Shown here: in pieces, positions 11,460-24,268 of the stretch
Numbering within the stretch: position 1 is the stretch's first letter
Layout: each line of letters opens with the position of its first letter
DNA from: Callorhinchus milii
Taxonomy: Eukaryota
Length of the DNA: 64,000 nt
Reading direction: 5' to 3'
NCBI RefSeq assembly: GCF_018977255.1
Contig: NW_024704746.1
Coordinates: 39,990,001-40,054,000 of the forward strand
The notes under the pieces: generated by a model
The model's input: only the letters and a program-made list of their open reading frames with translations
Told to the model about the DNA's origin: nothing
The model's database searches: none
Translations under genes and position numbers: made by a program

Positions 11460-14400
11460 TCATCATCAGCTAATTTGTGCAGAGCAATGTCCCACAGACA
11501 GCCATGAAGTGAATGACCAATTTTATCCAGGGAACTGTTGGGAGTTCAAACCTCACGTTGGGCCGTTTAATTTACCCTCGAATGCAAAGTTGGGGTTGTG
11601 CGGCATTGTCAAATAATTACAGTAGCTGGGGTAATTGCTGCATTGTCAGAATGCCGTCTTTTTGATGAGACGTTAAATTGAGATCCTTCCTGTCTGCTTG
11701 TTCAGGTGGTCATTGAAGATTTCATAGAACAATTCAAAAAAGAGTAAGGCATTTCTTATGCGGTCTTGGCCAACAATCCTCCAGATAAAATTGGTCATTC
11801 AGTTTGCCTAAAGCAACACATACTGCCTACACTTGACAGTAATTATAATAATAATATTGTTGTTCTCTGGATTACCTTTACTGCATTTTGAGCTTACACA
11901 GAGAAGGCATCAATATCTTCTTGGACTGAAGTTGTACCCTTCTCACACACTTTCTGTCATTTCATGCAGTGTTCTTTAGTCAAATATTAATTTGATTTGA
12001 CAAGTGCTAGATGAACAATCAATTATTAAACAGATGAGTAGAAGGTGTTTTCTGCCTTGTTAACAATGAATTGCCTTAGCAAATAGCCAGAGCCCAAATA
12101 TCCTGAGAGTTTCTTTCAGAATATAAATACTAATTCTTTATTTGAGAGAGTGCCTTTCACATTAGGAGGATGTCTCACAGCATTACACAGAATATATGTA
12201 AAGTGTAGTAACTGTATTTTTTTAGGCAATTGATGTAGGCAGCCAATCTGCACACAGCAATGTCGCATAAGTAGCCACGAAGTGAATGACCAATTTTATT
12301 TTGGGGGGATCATTGACCAATATACAAGGAGAAACTCCCTTCTATTATATTGTTAGTTGAAATAGGCTTATTTGGAGCATCATCAATGGGTACTTGCTGA
12401 ACTTCATTATGTTTTGTGTCTCAGCTTTGTTCAACTGGGTCCCACAATTGGCTGCTGTATTTGCCTACAAATACACGGTGACCAATGTTTACAGTAAAGT
12501 CCTGTGAACCACTTTGAGGCATTCCAACAACATAATTAGGCGCTATATAAAAAATCTAAGGTTCATTATTATTACAAGTAGTATATTTTCCAAATAATAT
12601 ATATCAAAATGTCCCAAAGCATTTCACAGATAATTGCTGTCAAATGTAATGCCTGTCTTTGTGGGTGAACTACTACAATGAAATTTTCAATTTGTAGGAA
12701 TGTAAAATGTCTTGGATTACTTTCAGTATGAAAACCTTGCAAGTGGGTTTTAATAATAATAATCCTTACATCTGGTATACTCCTTTTTACCTCAGGAGGA
12801 CGTCCCAATGTGCTTCACAGGATATACTGTAACGTGCAGTGATTGCGTGTTTTTATCAGCTAATGTGGCAGCCAATTTGTGCACAGCAATGTCTCACAAA
12901 GATTTGGAATTAATTTAAGCTGAAAGCCTCCCAGATAAGATCAGGATCCCTATTGAAGTTATCTCTCTGTTGGGGAATTGGGTGGTTCCAAATGAAACTG
13001 TATAAAGAGAGGGCACTTTTTAACACACATCAAAATGTTACATGATCTGTCTTCAACAAAACTTTTCAAAGATACAGATTTTAGGCATCAAAGTTCTTCA
13101 GTCTTTGAAACTTTGTATCATGGGGGTCGAGAGATTGAAACTCCAACTGAGCTGCCAAATTCACATTGCCTCTAATCTGTTACAAAGAGTCGTACAGCTC
13201 AAGATAGACATTAAAAAATAATGTCATTTTGAAAGTTTCTAGTAATAAGATAATAATAATTACTAGAGTTCTAGTAAATGGGTGAGACAAGGTCTCGTCT
13301 ACCTGCATAGTCCCAATGGCACTGTTTGAAGAGAAGGGAGTTTCTCCAGCTGTTTTGGCCAACAAATCCTCCACTTAAATCGATCATTCACCATGACTTC
13401 TTCTGGGATTTGTAGTGCTCAAATTAGCTGTTACATTTGCTTACAGACAACTGTAATACACTGAATAGTAATTGCTGTGAACCACTATGAGCCATTTTGG
13501 TGTGATAAGGCACTTTATTAAATGTAAGAAATATTGTTAATAATAATCCTTGCATTTGATATAGTGTCTTATCAGAAAACATGACATCTCAAAGCACTTC
13601 ACAGGATTTGGTCCATCTGATCTCATCCATTGCTCAGGAACACCCATCCCATCATCTTCCCATCCCAGCAACACAGAATGGAGAATGTTTCTGTCTCATG
13701 CTGTGAGGAGGCATCATGTGGAAATGATATCCCATATCAGCTTCACCACATGCCGCTGGTAGCAAGGATACGCAGGACTCTCCTCTGCAAGCAGCCACTG
13801 GCACATACTGGCACAAGATTAGACTGCACCTTGTTTTTTTACTTTCATTCCAGTTGAAACTTTGAAGTTAAAGAACACAATACTTGCTCTGAGTGATAAA
13901 TAATGATGTCTTCACCGTAAACCAGAAGCGCACCAACCTGAGGGAACCCCTTTCTGATTTGCTCTTTGTCCAAGTGGGGTTCTAGAGTTGCTGGTGCTGT
14001 GATGCATCTCCAGTTACCAGCAGCAGTCACTAGTCTAAACTGCAGTCCTGGGAAAGCGCTGCATAATCTGAGGAGCCATCCTTTGGATGAGATGTTACCC
14101 TGTTCAGGCAGACGTTAAAGGTTTCATAACGTTATTCATAAACAGAAGGGAGTTTCTCCCTGTTTCATTCAATTCATGGCCGTTTGTAGAATGTTGTATG
14201 TAAACTGGTTGCTGTGGTTGCCTACAAATGTTTGCAATCATTGTACTTTATAGTAAAATCCTGTGAAACACTTTGAGCAATTTTGAAGATGCGATAAGGC
14301 GCTATATCAAATGCAAGGATGCTTATTGTTTGTTAAAATCACATTTTAGGCCCCACTGTTTTGACATAACGCCTCTTCGCAGTGTGAGACAGTTACCAGT

Positions 14401-14910
14401 GCCCTCTCCACTCTGTGTTGGTGCGTTAGCCCTCAAATCTGCTACAGCTCCTTGCTGCTTCACTGCATTTTAATTTGACATTGTACAAGGGTAATACTGT
14501 TCATCTCTCCATGGGGAGTACAAACCATTTTTAAAAGGTTTCCCAGTTGTAATATACATTCCAAGTTTTATTTAATCACAGTGTTTTTTCTGTTGCCACT
14601 TGGTTTAGTGACATGAATCCATTTTATTCCGTGTTCCACAAGTGTTGGTACTTGATATCAGTAACACAGCAACATTGGCTTTCAGGAACTCTTCTTCTTA
14701 ATAGCAACATTCTGCTATTAAGAAGCAGGAGACCTTTAAGCAAATAATACTAATCCTTACATTTGATAAAATGTCTCTCACTTCAGCAGGACATCTCAAA
14801 GTAGTAGTAATTAAAGTATAAAATGTAGTAATTATACATTTTGTAGGCGAACATGGCAGCCAATTTGCACACTGTGTCCTACAAACAGCCATGAAGTGAG
14901 TAACCAATGT
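11460..14910. mobile_element. Cluster of about 9 degraded Deu-SINE copies in both orientations (approx. 11460-11530 -, 11540-11850 +, 12125-12345 -, 12440-12575 +, 12750-12905 -, 13285-13540 +, 13539-13605 -, 14030-14330 +, 14745-14910 -)
   Basis: Repeated Deu core (cccatggcactatt..gaagggagtttctcc) and tail (gcgctatatcaaatgcaagg) motifs. Confidence 0.75.
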
Positions 14911-15984
14911 TACTTGGTTGGCCCTTTTTTCAAGGATAGAAAAGGTTTTGCTATGAACCTTTTATGAGCCGATGCAGCTCATTGAAGAAAGTCATTGGCA
15001 TTTCTTACATTTAGAAATGCCAACTTGAAACTGTATTTAATTTTATCCTAAGCACAATCAATATTTTCCCTGAAGCTATATCTTACATCAAGTAGAACTA
15101 GTTCTAGAGCCTTGGCTACAAAAGGCACAAGCAGATCCTGTTGAAGACGGCTTGATTAAAGTGTTATTGCTCTTCCAGAGCTCCATGGACACAGGGCAAG
15201 AAGCCACTTACAAGAATAGAACCAAGTTCCCGAGCTCTTCAGCAAGTTCTGAAATCTGTCCTGTGAGTGACAGTGTTGGGACAGAGTTGTCAGTTTTACA
15301 CTGTGAAGAAAAAGGTTCCAAACTTGAGGTCAACGTTATATATAGACGTCAAATGGAATTAGTATGATTACAAAGCTGCTTCCCAGAAACAGGGGGATGA
15401 TTCAATCAGCTATTGGCATGCACTAGAAAAAATGAGCAAAAAAGAAGCGCAGGTGGCAAGACTATTCTGCATTAATCTTTCATTATAAAATCCTTACTCT
15501 TGTGCAAGAGCCAGAGTAAGCAGGTGGTGGGCTAAATAAATTCTAAGTGTAAGGTGCCGCAGGAAAGTTTACAGTCTTCCTCTGGCAATCTTGACGTGAA
15601 GGGGAGAGAGCTGCATATCAGCATCCTTTGTCAGCAGTAGTTTGCTGTATACGTGTGGATTTAATCTGTTTATTACGTGTTATGTGTACATGGGGTGAAA
15701 GTGAAGAGTAGACGAGTATCACCGTAAATGCAAGAGTCATATAAATCTTCAATAAGTTAGTGATACACAAGAGAATTCAGTACTTTGTAAACTCCCAGTT
15801 AGTTAGGCCTCCAAACCTCATTCACCTACTGTACTTGAGTTAGGCCAAACAGCTTTGAGCTATCAATTAAGACTAATTTGATTTCTTATACAGTGAGACT
15901 GGTCTGCAGCTTATGTATAGAGGAGCTGCAGAGCCCAACAAGTAGGCAATTTGAGTAATCACTAATTCTAATGACTGAAGGCTC

Positions 15985-16385
15985 ACATTGGTGATGCTGG
16001 GGCGAACAGAGCAGGAGACATGAAGCAAGCCAGTGTTTGCTGTGTGTAGTGAACAGTCAAGGGAGTAGGGTCGTGGAAGTAGGGTGGGGAGAGGCTATAT
16101 AAGCTTTTGAAGGTGGATGCAGAGGTTGAACTCGATTCGCTGTGGGATGTGGAGCTGAGAGGAAATGATGAGCATTCAGAGCCTGGTATGGGAGAGGACA
16201 TTGCCTGAGGAGTTCTGCGTGAGCTGCAGCTTGTGTAGAGAGCAGCTGCAGAGCCCAACAAGCAGGGTATTTGAGTAAGCGAGAGGTGATGGAGGAATGG
16301 ATAAGGGTCTCAGCAGCCTGGAGATAGTAGAAGTGATGGTGGAGGGCGATTTTGCGGAGGTGGGGGAAAGCAGAGCTAGTGAGAG
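15985..16385 (-). mobile_element. L2 LINE ORF2 fragment, degraded
   Basis: The minus-strand translation includes LRKIALHHHFYYLQAAETLIHSSITSRL, like the L2 LRNIA..AETLIHAFITSRLDY motif. Confidence 0.75.
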
Positions 16386-16777
16386 ACACAAAGCAATTGC
16401 TCAGGACCACTTATGCAACCGCTGTTATCTTGTGGCCATGGTTTATATACCACAATTTATACTTCAGTCCGCATTCGCTCACTTAATTCCCTCAAACCTT
16501 TTTCTACCTGTGGTGGACATGTGAAATTGAGCAAAGATTATAAGAAGCATTAGATTTTCAGCTTTAACATGACAGTCCTAACTAAGACAAGAAGCTACAT
16601 GGCTCAAATCTCACTTTTAGCCCTTTTTAAAAAAGTAGAATAAGTATCAAGGAACTCTTTGGTGCTTGCTTACAGAAGCTTCACTTCAGTGTTTGAACAT
16701 GTTGAGGTGGTGAATAAACACACAGTTATGTCTTATATATTATACATGAAATGCCTTATATATTATTCATTTGTGTT

Positions 16778-17460
16778 AGCGTGGCTCAGTTGGCAGCGCT
16801 CTTGCCTCTAAATAATAATCCTTGCATTTGATATAGCGCTTTTCACATCTTCTAGATGTCTCAAAGCGCTTCACAGAATATACTGTAAAGTGAATTGACT
16901 GTACATTTGTGGGTGAAATGCAGCAGCCAATTTCACACAGCAATGTCCCACAAACAGTCATGGATTGAGTAACCAAATTATTATCGTGTTTTTTTTCTTG
17001 AGGGATTATTATCAGGCATGTGGAGCAAGGAAACTTGCCCAAGGTTTTACCCTGCCGGGAATCAAACCCAGGTCTCTCGCTTGTGAGGCAAGTGCTCTAA
17101 CCACTGAGCTACAGGACTCCACACCTAAATCAGGTGTGGGTTCAAACCCCACATTGAGACTTGAAACTCTACCGTCTAGCCTGACAATAAAATGCAGTGC
17201 TGGGGGTGTGTGCTGCTTTATTGGAGGTGCTGTACTTCAGATAAGATATTAAACCAAGGCCCGTCTATCTGTCCAGGTGGCCTTTAAAGATCCCATGTCA
17301 CTATTCAAAAAGAGAAGGGAGTTTTTCCCAGTATCCTAGACACCACACCTCCAAATAACAGTTAGTGGGACTTTGCTGTGTGCAAATTAGTATACCCTGT
17401 GAAATGCTTTGGATGTCCTCCCGAGAAAAGTGCTGCATCAAATATAATTATTATTATTTT
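16778..17460 (+). mobile_element. Older full-length Deu-SINE interrupted by a younger SINE
   Basis: The head gcgtggctcagttggcagcgctcttgcctctaaat breaks at 16813 and resumes at 17125 with ctaaatcaggtgtgggttcaaacccc, then the Deu core and tail. Confidence 0.8.
16811..17123 (-). mobile_element. Young full-length tRNA-derived SINE (SINE2-1_CM-like)
   Basis: Head tgtggagtcctgtagctcagtggttagagca with A and B boxes, (ATT)n tail, flanked by the CTAAAT duplication. Confidence 0.9.
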
Positions 17461-18567
17461 GTAAGTGTGATAACTGATCAGGAAATGAAATCAGTTTGAA
17501 ATCCAGTTGTTGATTATCAGGGACCTAATGATAAGAAAGCGGGAAAATAACAGCTCACCCACTTGACACCCTCAGTCAGTTGTGTATAATCACCCACAGA
17601 GCTCTTTTCTTCCATTCAAATGGCATGCTCCTTATTGAGAGAAAACGTGACATATTGGAGCTGTTCCAGATTCTGTTCATACTGTGTGAGTAATAGCTGC
17701 CGTTCAATATGCAAAAATTCAAATGAGGCTTAAATAAATTGTACCAACATTGGGAATGTGCACTGCAAAGATAAAGCTCTGGGTTAGGAAATGAAACTCG
17801 GGCTAAACTGCCGCCTCAATTCACTGAAGTCATCAATTCAGATGACATTTCAGGAAAAATAAATTACAAATGGTTAGCAAATGAATGGTTCTGTTCTCGG
17901 ACGGGCTAAATGATGTAAAGTTGGTTAGACTCCGGTAATTATTGAGTTTCCAATGTTGGATAAAACATGATTGAATGGAACCAACAAAGCGTCATTCAAT
18001 TTTTATTCAATCCTTTTGTGCCATTCAAAACATTTACAGCCAGTGCTTTGTTCGCATGATGACGGCTACAGAATGCTTGTACAAAGTGGCTTGTGCAGCT
18101 TGCCATTCACATGGCGAGAAAAAAATATTTTACAGCTTCTTCCTTAATTCTCAGAATTTTATTCCAGTTTTAAAAAGCTACTGCATTACCACTCATCATC
18201 ATTAACCAAAGCATCCAGCGGGTTTGCACTCCATTAGATTTTCAATCATCTACAGACAAAGGGATAACAGGCCCGAATGTGAAACAAACCATGGATCCAG
18301 TTACCATGGCAAACGCATGCATCACCATTCCCGCTTGGGGTCTTGGTTATTGATCAAAATACAGGTTATTTTTAGGTACTAATACATAGCCACACGCATG
18401 CTGAAATGGCAGTGAAGCAGAGCTTTTTTTTNCACATACTGATAAACGAAGGCTTGTTTGTTTTAAAAAANCAATACACTGCAGTGAGGATGGCAGTGGA
18501 CTCATTATATTTCATAATATGTACATTTTTGCCATAACAGATCTAACCACTGCTGCCTGGAGAGCTA

Positions 18568-18810
18568 CAACAACAACAACAGCAACTTGCATTTATATAG
18601 CTCCCCTCATGCAGGGTAGCGTCTCAGAGAGCTTGACAATGGCAGAGCACAACTCCATGTCAGGGGGAGGGGGAGATGACCATAGGCAAGGTCAAATTCA
18701 GGCGCAACCTGAAAATGGGGAAGGAAGGGCCAAGGTGGAGGGATAGAGGAAGAGTGTTACAGAGTTTTGGGGCGTGGAGAGGCGGAGGGAGAGAAAGAGA
18801 AGGAATGCAA
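18568..18810 (-). mobile_element. L2 3' end with (TTG)n tail
   Basis: acaacaacaacaacagcaacttgcatttatatagctccc is the reverse complement of the L2 terminus. Confidence 0.7.
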
Positions 18811-18994
18811 TGTGATGTGATAGTTATCACTGGGGACAATTAATAATAATCCTTACATTTTATATAACCCCTTTCACATCAGGAGGATGTCTCAAAACAC
18901 TTCACAGGATTTTCTGTGAGGTGTAACCCTTTCGAAAGGGTTAAGAAATCTTAGTTATCAAACATGTTCATTTAACCCCCTCCACTCCAATTAG

Positions 18995-19345
18995 GTGTGA
19001 GTCTGACTCATTTAGTACTACCCTTCCTTTGAGCCAAGTTATGGGTTCAAGGCTGACGATTCAGTGCAGTGCTGGGGGTGTGTTCCATTGTCAGAGGTGT
19101 TGTTCTTCAGATGAGATGTTCAACCTAGGTCTTATTGCCTTTTGAGATGGATGATAAAAAGAAGGGAGTTTCACTTGATCATTCACTTGATGGCTGTTCT
19201 GTTTGAGACACTGTTTAGCGCAAATTGGCTGCCGCATTTGCCCACAAAATCCACAGTCACTACACTTTACAGTATATCCAGTGAAGCACTTTGCAATGTC
19301 TGGAAGAAGTGATGGGGCACTATAACAAATTAAAGGATTATTATA
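18995..19345 (+). mobile_element. Older Deu-SINE
   Basis: Head, Deu core and tail are recognisable. Confidence 0.75.
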
Positions 19346-19761
19346 TTGTGTGAAGTCACCTTCTATAAATGTCTATTTAATCTTCTGTCATAATATATTT
19401 GTTTTAGAGATGGTTTTGACATTGCTAGCATCATTCATGATGTCTAAATACTTCTTTCTCAACACCACCACTGAATTATTAAGGGTGACATATCCATCCC
19501 GAGCTCCCTACACTTACTAATGTTTCTGATCATCTAAGCTCATAAGATAGCAGCAAAGCACAATTCATCCCTGTCTATTGCAAGAAGAATCTAAAGTTGA
19601 AATCTTTTGCAATAAGGGAGGAAGAGAGCCTGTTCAGTTTGTTAAATGAATAACCTAGAAAGTAACACAGCTTAGAAAGTACATTAGCGAGTGAGTAATT
19701 AAGTTGCGCTCATATGTGCAGTTGGCAAGTTTAACAAAAAGAATTGATTTCAAAGCAAAAC

Positions 19762-20665
19762 CGCAACAACAAACTGCATTTATATTGAGCCTTCCACGTC
19801 GAGAGGAAGTCCCAAGGTACTGGACAGTCGAAGGCTTACACCCGAGTTTGGGGTTGGATTCAGAAGGGGTGTGAGCCGAGGTGGGCGGGGAAGAAGATAA
19901 CCGAACGTGTGGTCAAAGAGGAAGGTTTTCAGATGGACGTTGAAGGAGGCGTGGAAAGGTGCGAGTGGAAGGGACTCCAAGCAGAGTTCCAGAGACTGGG
20001 GCAGTTGGACTGCAAGCTTGACCGCGATGCTGGGGTAGGCAATGTAGAGATGTGAAGCAATCCAGCCCTGCTGAATGGAAGAAATGGACAGGTTGGCAGG
20101 TGCACAGAGATAAGAGATGAGAGAAGGTCACAGAGATTGAGATTGAAAAGATCGTGCAGGAATTTAAAAGTGACAACCAAGATCTTGAAATCTGGCGGAT
20201 GGGGAGCCAGTGGAGCCGGGCAAGGATGGGGGTGATAAATTCATGGAGCCAAGTGTGGGAGAGAATATGAGCTGCAGAGTTCTAGATGATCTGTAGCTTC
20301 TGGAGGGAAGAATTGGGTCATTCTTCCCAATTCTGAGCAGAGAGATAGCATAGTTTAGCCTGGATGTGATGAAAGCATGGATAAGGGTCTCGGCAGTTTG
20401 AGGGGAGAGGTAGTGGGGCGGAAGCGGGCAATGTTGCAGAGGTGGGGGAAGCTGAACAGGTCAGAGCACAGATTTGGGGTTTAAAGGATAGTTGAGAGTT
20501 GAACAAGACACTGAGGTTCCGCACTGACTCGTCATGTAAAATGTGCTTCTGTGTAGATTGATGTTGTCAGAGTTTGAGGTAAGAAGGTGCTGATGGGAGG
20601 CAAGCAGGAGAGCCTCTGTCTTGACGGCACTCAACTGGAGAAAGTTAGCTCTCAACCAGGACTTG
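19762..20665 (-). mobile_element. L2 LINE 3' fragment (about 0.9 kb, frameshifted ORF2 end plus 3' UTR)
   Basis: Minus-strand translations SWLRANFLQLSAVKTEALLL, RNLSVLFNSQLSFKPQI and HLKTFLFD; the tail is (TTG)n. Confidence 0.85.
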
Positions 20666-21939
20666 TTCCAGCACATCCAGGACCACAGTAATAACACAGT
20701 GAATAATACAGAGGAGTATTTGTCCTAAGGACATGTGTTCAGTGCATGCTCATGTGAAGAAAATATATCACAGGGTACAAGGAGACAATGTTTGCTGCAG
20801 TGTAGATGTTATAAGAATGTACATATATCTCTTGCCATCCTACTGCAAAATGTTGCTGCTACTTTACCTTGGTGTTTTTTTTTTGCTTTTTAAGTATTTT
20901 GATGCAGTTTCTTCCACAGGGTTAAACCATGAAAGAAAATTGATGGCATAATAGGTGCACCATATATGAAATAAACAAATCCCTCCCAGTTATTACTCTT
21001 GCTCACAAGCCTCAGCTCCTTTGATGCCTCCAGATTCATTGGGAGTCAGAGTAAGAGAGAGCGTGTAAGTAAGTGTGTGTGCGTGTGTGTGGGAGGGAGG
21101 GGGAGGTGGGTGATCTTATGTTAAGTGGTATTGTGCTTCATTAAGTCAACAAGCTGAATCACTGGGCTATACTGCTTGTCCTACTTTCTTTGATGGAGGT
21201 AGGGGCAGAGGTGGGAAGAGATGGTGCAGAATTCAGTTTAACACTGACAGTGCCAGAACTGGGTGCTTTCGTGCTTGTATCAAATTCTCACAGCTGAGCA
21301 TATCCAAGAGCAATCTGAAATCCCGACAGAAAGCAGATCATTCAGTAAGTGTGGCTCAGTTCCTACAGCTGAATACAAATATTGGTACCAGTCTACCAGC
21401 CTCTGGAGGGTCAGACTCATGTTAGTATTGAAGTTGAATGGACTTCCTTCACAGTGTGTTGGCTCCAGCTCCTATTCAAGTCTCACACAATGTGACAGCA
21501 CACAAATGCTGCATTTGGCTTGCAGGAGACTTCAAGATCAGAGCTTAAGTACCCTGAGATTGCTAGTGATAGGATTCCCATCTTGTTTACTTTGCGAGGT
21601 GCAAGCCAAAGCATTGTAGCAACACGGACAAAAATGCACGTCAGTTCACATTGTTACACTGTTGTTTCCAAGTTACAGCTATTTTACACCCACCCTCTGC
21701 TCTGGTGCCCATCTAGCCCTTCACTGTTTGCAGAACATTGCTGTGTGAAAATTAGCCATTGCATTTGCTTACAAAAGAGGATATTCTCCAAATATGAAAG
21801 GGGCTAAACAAATGTATTGTAATTTTCTGACCAGGCCCTGTTTTTTGTGGTATGTGAGTGTATGTGTCTGGGTGAGGGGGGGCTCCAAACAGTGCAGCCA
21901 AAACTGGTTCCCCTCCCACAGATGGCCAGAGTGGGTAAC

Positions 21940-22256
21940 AATAATAATAATCCTTGCATTTGATATAGTGCTTTTCACATCTTCTAGACATCTCAAAGCA
22001 CTTCACAGAATATGTTGTAAAGTGAATTGACTGTATATTTGTGGGCGAAACGTGGCAGCTAATTGCGCACAGCAGTGTCCCACAAACAGTTGTGGATTGA
22101 AAATGACCAATTTATTATTGTTTTGTTTTTTGGAGGGATTATTATTAGGCGTGTGGAGTAAGGAAACTTGCCCAAGGTTTCGCCCTGCCTGGAATTGAAC
22201 CCAGGTGTCTCGCTTGCAAAGCGACTGCTCTAACCACTGAGCTACAGGACTCCACA
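21940..22256 (-). mobile_element. Young full-length tRNA-SINE
   Basis: Near-identical reverse complement of 24988-25308. Confidence 0.92.
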
Positions 22257-22279
22257 AGAGTAAAGAATATCATTGTCTC

Positions 22280-22768
22280 TCATTGCCTTCATCAATGCTA
22301 TTACCCACACTAAACTCTGCTCTCCGATTACCCCAGTCCTTGCCAGACTGCACTGGCTGCCTGTCCCAGAGAGGATTGACTTCAAGATCCTCACTCTTGT
22401 CTTCAAATCTCTCCACTCCTCTGCACCCCCCCTACCTCTCTGACCTCCTCTCTCCTCACAACAGTGTGCTTTGTCTTCACTCCAACGGGTCTGGCCTCCT
22501 CCTTGTCCCCCGAATCCTCCGCTCCACCATCAGCGGCCGTTCCTTCAGCCACTATGCCCCGAGGCTCTGGGACTCCCTTCCTCACTCCCTTCGCCTTGCC
22601 CCCTCTCTTCCTATTTTCAGGTCTCGGCTGAAGACCTTTCCTTTCGACCGCACCTTTGGTCACCTTCCTCCCCCTCCCACTGGCTCAGCCCTAGGATCCA
22701 TTACTATGAAGCGCTCTGAGATGCCGTCCGGCGTGGAGGGCGCTATATAAATCCAAGTTGTTGTTGCT
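22280..22768 (+). mobile_element. L2 LINE 3' fragment
   Basis: ITPVLARLHWLPVPERIDFKILTL...SGRSFSHYAPRLWDSLP...RLKTF; tail gcgctatataaatccaagttgttgttg. Confidence 0.9.
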
Positions 22769-23774
22769 TTTAAGTGCTGCTTCTGAGGGGATTCACTTGT
22801 ACACCCTGGGAGCAGACTAACCGCTGAGGCAATTGTGAGGCAATATCTTCTTCCCACTGAGCAATTGCGCACAAAACTCAAATTGAGGAAACACTGGCTG
22901 AAACGTTATTATTTGAAAGCAATGTCTTTTTTACGGTATAAAGCAAGATTCAAGACAGACAAATCGGAAAGGCTACATCAGATTAAAAAAAAACATGCAA
23001 CACACTGTCTCAATGTCTTCACCTGTATCAGGCGGAAGAGGTTTTAACAAAGTTTATATCAAATACATTTTGTTCAAAAGGGCACTAAACTCCTATCAAG
23101 TGCAGGCTGGCTGGCGAGCTGATAAACTGAACTGCTTCTCTGCAGCTGGTGATTTTTTTCCCCCTCCCCAAATAACTAGATATTGAAGAGGAAGGATTTT
23201 CAACTCACCGAACCATTTAATAGGTTCAAATCTCATAGACATAGAAGGCTTTTAGCACAAAGGATCTTTCACTTTTGCGAGGAATGTACAAACTTTCCGG
23301 ATAACAGATTTATTTAAAGGTCACTTAGAAATGGTTCCAAATCTGTAAGGCTCCATTTGCTGACCCTTCAGATCTGTGGCAATGTGGTTTTGTCATATAC
23401 ACACAAAAAAATTGCAGTCCCATGGAACCGTTTACAAGTGATAGTGGACCTGAAAGCACAGGAATAGTCATTTTGAATTAACAGTACCTTAGAAACAGAT
23501 TAGATTTTTCAAACACTCTGTTCTGGGATTAGAGGGGGAAAATGAGCTTGGAATATCCCGGGGGTCTAATTTGCCGTATTTTAACAGGATTCATTAAGAT
23601 TCTGAGCTGCATTTCTTGTTCCAAATTTCAAACACGAAGGTTAGAATAATTGTAAATCAAAATAATTCAGTTTATTTATAACAAGGTGAAAAGCAGGAGT
23701 TGTTGAGGCAGCCTAGATTTATTGAGGATGGTTTAACACAGTGCAGTAAATGCACAAATGCAGTATTACCATAT

Positions 23775-24268
23775 CAACAACAACAACAAGATTCCATTTA
23801 TAGAGCGCTTTCACGTCGGGAGGACGTCCCAAGGCGCTGTACAGTTGGGTCAGGACCCGAGCAGGGGGGAAATGGTCAGGGTGAGGGGAGGGAAGGGAGG
23901 GAGTGAGGAGGGGGTAGAGAGTCGAGAGGGGAGCTGAAGGCACGGTCAAAGAGAAAGGTCTTGAGACCGGCCTTGAAGGAGGAAAGGCAGGAGGCAAGGC
24001 GAAGGCACTGGGGATAGAGTTCCAGAGCCTCGGGGCTGAGAGGCTGAAGGCCCGGCCACCGATGGTAGGGCGGTTGGGGCGGGGGATGTGGAGCAGACCG
24101 GAGCCAGAGGAACGGAGGGTACGGGCAGGTAGGTAGGGGGATAGTAGGTTGGAGAGGTAGGAAGGAGCAAGGCCGTGAATGGCCTTGTAGGTGAGGATGA
24201 GGATCTTGAAATCAATCCTCTGGGGGATGGGGAGCCAGTGGAGGCGAGCGAGGGTGGGAGTGATGTGA
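23775..24268 (-). mobile_element. Young L2 LINE 3' fragment
   Basis: HITPTLARLHWLPIPQRIDFKILILTYKAIHGLAPSYLSNLL...GGRAFSLSAPRLWNSIP; the tail is (TTG)n. Confidence 0.92.

Noticed and set aside
18432-18471. Two ambiguous N bases
   Set aside because: Both follow homopolymer runs, so they are sequencing or assembly uncertainty rather than biology.
22280-24268. Common 5' truncation point of L2 copies at the HITP motif, suggesting a short non-autonomous family
   Set aside because: On closer reading, several copies retain upstream L2 pieces (THTK, QNS, TSRLDY), so the ends differ.
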